Source: a virus
Length of the DNA: 30,882 bases
Reading direction: 5' to 3' (one strand)
Virus record (IMG/VR): IMGVR_UViG_3300045988_046657
Each line of letters starts with the position of its first letter. The first letter of the stretch is position 1. The notes under the pieces are model-generated. The model was given only the letters and a program-made list of their open reading frames with translations. It was not told the origin of the DNA and did not search any database. The translations under genes and the position numbers were made by a program. Positions 19,756 to 25,935 of this stretch are shown piece by piece.

Positions 19756-20049
19756 GTACTTAACAAGACAGCCGATAGGTAGGTGCAAGCTACCCGATCC
19801 GGCGAATATAACTGTTTACAAAGTAAGCCGTCCTATCCGACCAAGATACAGGGCAGCTTACTTATGCTTCAAATTCAGAATTGCAACTACAAGCAGAGCA
19901 AATGTAAGTAAAATCTGCATTTCTTCATATGTACTCATAAGTATTTCCCCTTTCCACAAGACTGGATCGGGAACCAGCACGCCCCTCGGCTGTCTGGGTA
20001 AATACATTATTCTTTTGTGGATGCCCCGGAGCTGTCCGGGGCGGGGGTT

Positions 20050-20631
20050 CTATTCCTCTGTTTGAGAGGATGCATCCTCTCCGGTGTCCGATTCTTGAGT
20101 GCTGATATCTTGATACTGCTCCATAATGGTATCTATTTGACTGTGGTATTCCTCGGCTTGATCAGGGGTCAAATCATATTCAATACGAAAAATAGCTTTA
20201 TCATATTTATACATGTATTGATCTAATGCAAGTATTCCCAATGACGAATCCTGCAATGTTTTGAGATATTTATACCGATTGTTACAATCGGACTCATTTT
20301 CAAAAGTCTCTATCGTTCCACCAACAAGATACTCACCGTATTGTTCTAATCGGGTATCTTCAAAATCTGCTTTGCTGATATATTCTCCCGGGCGACCGAG
20401 ATTTCCGTTCGGATCTGTAGATTCGTCAAATGCCTCTATTCCTCCCACATTTGAATTTATCGCCTTAATCTGTTCTGCAAGACTTTGAGAATCTGGAAGA
20501 TCTTCATATACCGGTTCGGTTTCTTCATTGACTCCCCGTTCTCCATTTGACGCGCCTTCAGATTCGCCGCAAGCTGTAGCTGACACGGCTAGCATACATG
20601 CTAACATAATGACAGCGATTTTCTTTTTCAT
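20050..20631 (-). CDS. secreted acidic lipoprotein in the int–repressor interval (candidate superinfection-exclusion / lysogenic-conversion protein)
   Basis: MKKKIAVIMLACMLAVSATAC is a signal peptide with a lipobox Cys; the mature protein is highly acidic; its position matches Ltp/Sie-type genes. Confidence 0.6.
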   Translation of the reverse strand: MKKKIAVIMLACMLAVSATACGESEGASNGERGVNEETEPVYEDLPDSQSLAEQIKAINSNVGGIEAFDESTDPNGNLGRPGEYISKADFEDTRLEQYGEYLVGGTIETFENESDCNNRYKYLKTLQDSSLGILALDQYMYKYDKAIFRIEYDLTPDQAEEYHSQIDTIMEQYQDISTQESDTGEDASSQTEE

Positions 20632-20704
20632 AGCTTTTCCCTCTCTTTCTTTTGTCCCCTGTTCCTTTAACACCACTTTATATAATCGCCGTAGCGGTTA
20701 TACC

Positions 20705-20926
20705 TTATTTATGCGCAGACATTTCGATTTTCTGTACATCTATTTTCTCAAAATCACGCTCCTTTATATGCCTAATCGCATGGTTAATTGCCTTTAACCG
20801 TTTGCTTTCACATAAATTTGCGTTTATAAAAATAGTGAATGAATTATCTTCATTCTCGGTTATTACTTCATTAACGGTCATTCCGTCCATGAAAAAAATT
20901 TGATAATCAAGACTCATTATTATCAC
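20705..20926 (-). CDS. hypothetical small protein co-transcribed with the repressor
   Basis: 73-aa ORF overlapping the repressor 3' end by 20 nt. Confidence 0.4.
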   Translation of the reverse strand: MIIMSLDYQIFFMDGMTVNEVITENEDNSFTIFINANLCESKRLKAINHAIRHIKERDFEKIDVQKIEMSAHK

Positions 20927-21285
20927 GTTCCTTTTTCTTTAATGCCATAAGCATGTCATATGTTGTTTTCAAATCTTCCGGAGTAGCATCTTTTGCAGCA
21001 TCGAATAAGACACGCAAATCTTTGTTTTCAAATAGTTTTTGTGCCATCTCAGCGGTTTCTTCGTTTAAATAGTACTTCTCACCGCCTTCCTTTTCTTCGC
21101 CAGTACGAATATACTCTACTGATACTCCAAACAAGTCAGCAATTTTTTTGTAGTTTTGCATCTTTGGGGTTGCTTCTTCCATTCTTCCAGTCGGAGAAAG
21201 TTGACTTGGTAATCCCAGTTTCCCTTGCAACGTCAGCGTCTTTCATGCCTTTGGCATCTCTTAACTTGCAATAAATTTCATACAT
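20907..21285 (-). pseudogene. cI-like XRE-family HTH repressor interrupted by a 1-nt frameshift in a C4/G4 homopolymer
   Basis: From ATG 21285..21283 the N-terminal frame reads MYEIYCKLRDAKGMKDADVARETGITKSTFSDWKNGRSNPK and terminates shortly after; the downstream frame continues ...PKMQNYKKIADLFGVSVEYIRTG... to 20907. Removing one C at 21166..21169 (minus-strand CCCC) restores a single ORF whose HTH aligns residue-for-residue with the Cro paralogue. Confidence 0.6.
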
Positions 21286-21326
21286 AATACACCTCACAAA
21301 AAAATTCTGAAATCAGTACAAAAGCT

Positions 21327-21355
21327 ATTGACAAGTTCTGATATCCGCACTATAA
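21327..21355 (+). promoter_or_regulatory. consensus early promoter (TTGACA, 17-bp spacer, TATAAT) driving cro rightward
   Basis: TTGACA at 21327..21332 and TATAAT at 21350..21355. Confidence 0.6.
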
Positions 21356-21434
21356 TAAAGCTACAAAGTTCGGAAATCAAAACAGAATTGTAACTTAATT
21401 CTTTGTCAATGTATCTGGTAAATATATTGTATCT

Positions 21435-21470
21435 GATTTCCGAACTAAAATCAATAGGAAAGTTCGGAAA
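21435..21470. promoter_or_regulatory. operator-like inverted repeat ATTTCCGAACT-N14-AGTTCGGAAAT, with a third direct copy at 21366..21376
   Basis: Three copies of the 11-mer AGTTCGGAAAT lie between the divergent repressor and cro genes; one pair is inverted and overlaps the cro RBS. Confidence 0.4.
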
Positions 21471-21485
21471 TGAGGTGATTATTTA

Positions 21486-21671
21486 ATGTATGAAAAATAT
21501 GTAGAAATCAGGGATTCAAGAAAACTGACAGATTATCGTGTGTCAGAAGATACTGGAATAACTAAATCTACATTTTCTGATTGGAAGTCAGGAAGAAGTA
21601 AGCCAAAGATGGAAAAGCTCAAAATCCTCGCCGACTACTTCGGAGTATCTATTGAGTACTTCCTAGAGTAG
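21486..21671 (+). CDS. Cro-like XRE-family HTH regulator
   Basis: GITKSTFSDWKSGRSKPKMEKLKILADYFGVSIEY is an XRE HTH; 61 aa; divergent from the repressor; RBS GAGGTG. Confidence 0.7.
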   Translation: MYEKYVEIRDSRKLTDYRVSEDTGITKSTFSDWKSGRSKPKMEKLKILADYFGVSIEYFLE

Positions 21672-21742
21672 TGTAACAGGAAAGGTGTTCGATAAACATG
21701 ACTTTGAAGCAGAAGAGGAGGTGAAGGTAATAATGAGAATAA

Positions 21743-21865
21743 AAATAATTTTTCACATAACAAGGATGGACGATGTTAGTGATGTTTTGAAGAAAGCAGA
21801 AGAATTAAAGAAAGAGCACCCCCATACAGAAATTAGTATAGAGGTTCTAATATAGAAAGATTATT
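21743..21865 (+). CDS. hypothetical 40-aa ORF
   Basis: Strong RBS GAGGAGGTGAAGG; shorter than the ORF-track cutoff. Confidence 0.3.
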
Positions 21866-22082
21866 TCTTTCTGATTTCGATGGCTTTTAATCCAGTTGTA
21901 GAAATTGTGTAACTTGTACTAGAACTATACAGGTAAATCTCTGAGTGAATCCTAAAATGCTGAGATGCAATTTCATCGCCCGAATATGTTCTTATTCCGG
22001 ATGAAGTAGGAATTTCGATTTTATCTACATTCGTGCACAAGTGATCATTTCCATCGAAATATGAAAAATAAACATCATACAT
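21861..22082 (-). CDS. antisense small protein A (paralogue of 22406..22651)
   Basis: N-terminal MYDVYFSYFDGNDHLCTNV is similar to MMQNYYFYIYPDINGNYEVHTENC of gene B; conserved 5' leader with RBS AAAAGGAGAG. Confidence 0.45.
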   Translation of the reverse strand: MYDVYFSYFDGNDHLCTNVDKIEIPTSSGIRTYSGDEIASQHFRIHSEIYLYSSSTSYTISTTGLKAIEIRKK

Positions 22083-22224
22083 ATAGTATCTCTCCTTTTC
22101 ATAATACTCGGCATGGCAGTGCCTGTATTAACAGTATAGGAGAGGTGGAGGAGAATAGCAAGTAGCATGCAGATCAGCTGTCAATAAAACGGACAGAAGA
22201 GAAAGGAGAGTGATTAAGTTGGCT

Positions 22225-22386
22225 ATGGAGATGCTTGATAGAGAATTCCGAGAAGACCAGAGCGCGATATTAAGCAATGAGATTTCGCGGTGTATGATTC
22301 AGAACAATATGACATTGGAGAATCTGGACGAGGCGTGCGAGATTGTACGTGAGGTGTTTAGAAAGAACGCCACAATGAAAGGCTGA
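22225..22386 (+). CDS. hypothetical 54-aa ORF
   Basis: RBS AGGAGAG; may start at the in-frame TTG at 22219. Confidence 0.25.
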   Translation: MEMLDREFREDQSAILSNEISRCMIQNNMTLENLDEACEIVREVFRKNATMKG

Positions 22387-22405
22387 CGAAAAGCCAGCCC
22401 CATTA

Positions 22406-22651
22406 TTATCCCTTGTGGCATTCACGGCAACAATGATAACATCCGTCAAACTTTTTATCGGGATAAGCAATCTGCGCAGCAATTATAGCTGCCTGACAAG
22501 AACTGTATCTTCCAATATACTGTCTGTTAAGTTCGGATGGAAGATAATAGCAGTTTTCTGTATGTACTTCATAATTGCCGTTAATATCTGGATAGATATA
22601 AAAATAGTAATTTTGCATCATGATGGAACTCCTTTCGTAGTACTCGGACAT
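22406..22651 (-). CDS. antisense small Cys/aromatic-rich protein B (C-terminal CYHCCRECH zinc-knuckle-like)
   Basis: 81 aa; conserved 5' leader shared with gene A; RBS AAAGGAG. Confidence 0.5.
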   Translation of the reverse strand: MSEYYERSSIMMQNYYFYIYPDINGNYEVHTENCYYLPSELNRQYIGRYSSCQAAIIAAQIAYPDKKFDGCYHCCRECHKG

Positions 22652-22742
22652 GCCAGTGTCCTGTATTTACAGTACAGGGGATTTCATTGGACAACGCAAC
22701 AAGTACAAACAGTGTTTCATAAGCTTTAGAGAGGTGGTGTAA

Positions 22743-22880
22743 ATGATCATAAAAAGCATTGTAGTAATTGACGGAAAAGAAGTAGAGGTTAAGGAACTGG
22801 AAGATAAAGAGGCATTTGCAGAAAGTGTTAACCAAAGGGTTCTTTTTGACAGAAACTACATAATAGAGAAAACCGCGTAA
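22743..22880 (+). CDS. hypothetical 45-aa ORF
   Basis: RBS AGAGGTGGTG; shorter than the ORF-track cutoff. Confidence 0.3.
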   Translation: MIIKSIVVIDGKEVEVKELEDKEAFAESVNQRVLFDRNYIIEKTA

Positions 22881-22902
22881 GCGGTAGAAAGGAAGGACAA
22901 GC

Positions 22903-23121
22903 ATGGAAGAGATTAAATTACCGACAGTGCCGGAGCTGGAGCTGATCCCGATCGAGCGGAGAAATTTTCCGGAAGAGGATCACAAGCAGGAGAAAATTCA
23001 GCACAAAAGAAAAGAAAGAGACAGCGCTGCAAGAGGTCTGATCGCAGTAACGGTTGCCAGCATGATGTTAAACGCGGTGATGGCTATGATCATTTACATC
23101 TTGCAGGCAGGACCAATCTAA
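22903..23121 (+). CDS. small C-terminally membrane-anchored protein
   Basis: C-terminal TM helix GLIAVTVASMMLNAVMAMIIYIL; its 3' end is the start of direct repeat A. Confidence 0.4.
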   Translation: MEEIKLPTVPELELIPIERRNFPEEDHKQEKIQHKRKERDSAARGLIAVTVASMMLNAVMAMIIYILQAGPI

Positions 23122-23392
23122 GGAGGTGAACAAAGAAATGGATGTAAAGGTAAAGAAAGATGCCGAAGAAGAAATGAACTGCATCTTAGATCTACTTGAA
23201 GAATGGTGTCTGAAATACGATCAGGATTATGCAAACGCGGTTGTACTTGTAAAACATGATCAGATCACATCGTGGGGAAGTATAGGCAATCACGAAGATT
23301 TTGACGTTTACAGAACAAAAGAGCGCCCATAAATGAGGCGGCAACCTCTAGGACGCATAGATAAATAATCAACATTATTGTAACAGAAAGGA
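23063..23392. repeat. direct repeat copy A (about 330 bp) carrying the 68-aa gene and a conserved downstream leader
   Basis: About 88 percent identical to 24286..24617 by eye. Confidence 0.85.
23126..23332 (+). CDS. 68-aa hypothetical protein (paralogue 1)
   Basis: MNKEMDVKVKKDAEEEMNCILDLLEEWCLKYDQDY...; RBS AAGGAGGTGAAC. Confidence 0.5.
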   Translation: MNKEMDVKVKKDAEEEMNCILDLLEEWCLKYDQDYANAVVLVKHDQITSWGSIGNHEDFDVYRTKERP

Positions 23393-23400
23393 CGAGAAAA

Positions 23401-24270
23401 GTGAAGAAATTTGAATTAACAAATGAATTTGTAACAAATATGTTCGGGACAAAGCTGTTCCGCATCCGTGCCCTTGTTGAGTTCGGCGATGTGGAAGCCG
23501 GAGAACTTGGCGGGTATGTGGAGAAGGAATCAAACCTTGGTCATGACGACAATGCGTGGGTGTACGACAATGCGCGGGTGTACGGCAATGCGTGGGTTTC
23601 CGGCAATGCACAGGTTTCCGGCAATGCGCGGGTGTACGGCAATGCGTGGGTGTACGGAGATGCACAGGTTTCCGGCAATGCGCGGGTGTACGACAATGCG
23701 CGGGTGTACGGCAATGCGCGGGTGTACGGAGATGCGCTGGTGTACGACAATGCGCGGGTGTACGGCAATGCGTGGGTGTACGGAGATGCACAGGTTTCCG
23801 GCGATGCGCGGGTTTCCGGCAATGCGCGGGTGTACGGCAATGCGCGGGTGTACGGAGATGCACAGGTTTCCGGTGATGCGCGGGTGTACGACAATGCGCG
23901 GGTGTGCGGCAATGCGCTGGTGCGCGGCAATGCGTGGGTGTACGGCAATGCGTGGGTGTACGGAGATGCACAGGTTTCCGGCGATGCGCGGGTTTCCGGC
24001 AATGCGCGGGTGTACGGCAATGGGGACTATGCATACGCTCACGGTTTCGGATCTGTCAACCGTACAACGACCTTCTTCCGTCTCAAAGATGGCGGCGTGG
24101 GTGTGCGGTGCGGATGCTTCTACGGGACGCTTGCACAGTTCCGGGATAAGATCCGGGAGACACACGGAGAAACAAAGAAGGCACAAGAATACCTGATGCT
24201 GGCAGACCTGATGGAACTCAGATTCGAAGAGGATGAAAACGAAGTAGGAAATAGAAAATACGTTGAGTAA
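23401..24270 (+). CDS. tandem hexapeptide-repeat protein (predicted left-handed beta-helix), 26 perfect N/D-A-x-V-Y/S-G/D repeats between unique N- and C-terminal domains
   Basis: GTG start with RBS AAAGGACGAG; the + frame is the only one with non-repetitive termini and operon context; the repeat block is open in all six frames. Confidence 0.6.
   Translation: MKKFELTNEFVTNMFGTKLFRIRALVEFGDVEAGELGGYVEKESNLGHDDNAWVYDNARVYGNAWVSGNAQVSGNARVYGNAWVYGDAQVSGNARVYDNARVYGNARVYGDALVYDNARVYGNAWVYGDAQVSGDARVSGNARVYGNARVYGDAQVSGDARVYDNARVCGNALVRGNAWVYGNAWVYGDAQVSGDARVSGNARVYGNGDYAYAHGFGSVNRTTTFFRLKDGGVGVRCGCFYGTLAQFRDKIRETHGETKKAQEYLMLADLMELRFEEDENEVGNRKYVE
23551..24018 (+). repeat. 26 near-identical tandem 18-bp repeats (consensus AATGCGCGGGTGTACGGC)
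   Basis: Directly visible; encodes NARVYG and variants (NAWVYG, DAQVSG, DARVSG, NALVRG ...). Confidence 0.95.
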
Positions 24271-24285
24271 TGAAAGAAGATAGTG

Positions 24286-24617
24286 TGATGTTAAATGCGG
24301 TGATGGCTGTGATTATTTACATCCTGCAGGCAGGACCGATCTAAGGAGGTGAACAAAGAAATGAACGAAGAAATAAAGAAAGACGCCGAAGAAGAAATGA
24401 ACTGCATCTTAGAACTGCTCGAAGGATGGTGCCTGAAATACGATCAGGATTATACAAACGCAGTTGTACTTACAAAAAACGATCAGATCACATCGTGGGG
24501 AAGCATAGGCAATCGCGAAGACTTTGACGTTTACAGAACAAAAAAGCGCCCATAAGAGGCGGCAACCTCTAGGACGCATAGATAAACAACCAAGATTATT
24601 GTACGGGAAAGAAAGGA
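24286..24617. repeat. direct repeat copy B (about 330 bp), including a truncated remnant of the membrane-protein 3' end (MLNAVMAVIIYILQAGPI)
   Basis: Alignment with 23063..23392. Confidence 0.85.
24349..24555 (+). CDS. 68-aa hypothetical protein (paralogue 2)
   Basis: MNKEMNEEIKKDAEEEMNCILELLEGWCLKYDQDY...; about 80 percent identical to paralogue 1. Confidence 0.5.
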   Translation: MNKEMNEEIKKDAEEEMNCILELLEGWCLKYDQDYTNAVVLTKNDQITSWGSIGNREDFDVYRTKKRP

Positions 24618-24627
24618 ATTTGTAAAG

Positions 24628-24873
24628 ATGATTAAATGCAGTAAAGGCAATGTGGAAATAAAAGGAAATTTAATATTATTAGAAGCAGAAACAGTCATGA
24701 TATTAAGAGGAATAAGAAACATCCTCGAAGAAGAGTACGGAAAAAAACACGCAGAAAAGTCAATGCAAAAAATAGTTAAAACATCCACAATGACGCAAGA
24801 AGAAATAGAAGAGGAAATAAAAAAATCAGCACAAGAAATAGCGAGAGAAGCAGCGAAACACCTCATGAAATGA
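24628..24873 (+). CDS. hypothetical 81-aa Lys/Glu-rich protein (second cassette cargo)
   Basis: Follows repeat-B leader; RBS GAAAGGAA. Confidence 0.4.
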   Translation: MIKCSKGNVEIKGNLILLEAETVMILRGIRNILEEEYGKKHAEKSMQKIVKTSTMTQEEIEEEIKKSAQEIAREAAKHLMK

Positions 24874-25010
24874 AAGAAGAAGTTATTTTGTGGATCATCC
24901 GCTGGGGAGATCCGTACGCATTAGAGTGCAAGACAATGACCAGATCGGAAGTCGAAGCGTATGCGCGCGAAAAGCAAAAAAAGCGCGGCGGTACATATGT
25001 AATCAATTAA
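24870..25010 (+). CDS. hypothetical 46-aa ORF
   Basis: ATGA overlap with the preceding ORF. Confidence 0.2.
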   Translation: MKEEVILWIIRWGDPYALECKTMTRSEVEAYAREKQKKRGGTYVIN

Positions 25011-25013
25011 AAA

Positions 25014-25040
25014 AAGCGCATCACAGCAACTGATGCGCTT
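25014..25040 (-). terminator. rho-independent terminator oriented for the minus strand (10-bp stem, T-run on minus strand)
   Basis: AAGCGCATCA-CAGCAAC-TGATGCGCTT preceded on the + strand by an A-tract. Confidence 0.45.
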
Positions 25041-25051
25041 AAAAGATGGCG

Positions 25052-25101
25052 TTCCCGCCTCTTGTTAGGACAAATATATTGTATCAAATAAGAGGCGGGA
25101 A
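25052..25101. other. 12-bp inverted repeat with 26-nt AT-rich loop; candidate rolling-circle double-strand origin
   Basis: TTCCCGCCTCTT-(gttaggacaaatatattgtatcaaat)-AAGAGGCGGGAA, about 70 bp upstream of the HUH Rep gene and flanked by terminators. Confidence 0.35.
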
Positions 25102-25106
25102 GTCAA

Positions 25107-25128
25107 GCGATACACGCGGGGACTCCCG
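25107..25128 (+). terminator. short GC hairpin with T-tail (+ strand)
   Basis: GCGGG-GACT-CCCGC followed by TTTT. Confidence 0.35.
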
Positions 25129-25172
25129 CTTTTAAACCTCGATAAAGATATTAAAGTTAGGACAGATAAAAG

Positions 25173-25934
25173 ATGGCAACACGGAGAAAAACGTACAAAT
25201 TACGGGGCGGAGACGTCTACGACGTAGAGGAATATCCAGACGGAAGATATGGAGCAAAAGGAAAGGCACGGCAAAAGAAAAAGAAACCGACGCCGGAACA
25301 GATGGCGGCAGTCAACCAAGCCAACCGAGCGAAGATATGCAGACGATTACTGATCGAATATTTTGATGCAGGAGACTACTTTGTAACATACACCTACAAA
25401 GTCGAGCAAAGACCGAAAGACATGACAGTGGCACTAAAAGACTTACAAAAAGCACTCCGAAAGCTCCGTCCGAAATATAAAAAGGCAAACACTCCGTTTT
25501 ACTGGATCAGAAACATAGAGCGGGGCACAAAGGGTGCATGGCACATCCATCTAGTCATTAAAAAAACATCAGGGGCGGCAGAATGGATCGAAGATGCATG
25601 GGAACACGGAGCAATCTATATTACGCAGATCAAAAAAAGCCGGTTTTACGATGAGGATTTTACAAAACTGGCAAACTATATGACAAAAAACGAAAAAACA
25701 AGAGAAAAACGATCGGACGGAAGCAAAGGAAAACCGCGACTAAAAGAAGCAAGCTACAACCATGCGAAAAATATGCCGTTACCCGAACCGAAATCCCAAA
25801 AACTTGTACGCTGGCAAAAAGAAGTAAAACCCAAAAAAGGCTATTACATCGCAAACAGTTACGAGGGGATCAACCCGGCTACGGGGATGAGATACCGCAG
25901 ATACACACTGATCAGAATCCACAGGAGGATTTAA
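25173..25934 (+). CDS. rep: HUH-superfamily rolling-circle replication initiator (Rep)
   Basis: Motif I FVTYTYK, motif II (HUH) AWHIHLVIKK and motif III YMTKNEK (Y-x-x-K), in canonical order and spacing; very basic N-terminus. Confidence 0.6.
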   Translation: MATRRKTYKLRGGDVYDVEEYPDGRYGAKGKARQKKKKPTPEQMAAVNQANRAKICRRLLIEYFDAGDYFVTYTYKVEQRPKDMTVALKDLQKALRKLRPKYKKANTPFYWIRNIERGTKGAWHIHLVIKKTSGAAEWIEDAWEHGAIYITQIKKSRFYDEDFTKLANYMTKNEKTREKRSDGSKGKPRLKEASYNHAKNMPLPEPKSQKLVRWQKEVKPKKGYYIANSYEGINPATGMRYRRYTLIRIHRRI

Positions 25935-25935
25935 A

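Noticed and set aside
19754-20065. 103-aa + ORF downstream of the strong promoter near int
   Set aside because: Low-complexity, Arg/Ser/Pro-rich translation without RBS; the region is more plausibly non-coding (possible RNA).
22110-22134. CTGT…ACAG hairpins as LexA/SOS boxes
   Set aside because: Spacing is N4 (or N6 everted at 28625), not the CTGT-N8-ACAG of Gram-negative LexA and not the Firmicutes GAAC-N4-GTTC Cheo box. An SOS-box call is not supportable.
23551-24018. Regular short repeats considered as a CRISPR-like array
   Set aside because: The repeats are contiguous with no spacers, the unit is only 18 bp and a multiple of three, and they are embedded in an ORF with unique ends. This is a coding tandem repeat, not a CRISPR.
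23375-24196. Five additional long ORFs on both strands and in other frames across the repeat block (23375..24034 -, 23468..24196 +, 23530..24186 -, 23541..24020 -, 23556..23876 +, 23904..24149 +)
   Set aside because: They are artefacts of an 18-nt, stop-free tandem repeat that stays open in every frame. They lack RBS and non-repetitive termini and run against operon polarity. Only the 23401..24270 + frame is annotated.
25064-25090. TTGATAC on the bottom strand of the inverted-repeat loop as a pC194/phiX-type nick site
   Set aside because: Kept only as a weak remark inside a finding. A 6–7-mer is expected by chance several times in 31 kb, and strand polarity relative to rep is not the canonical one.
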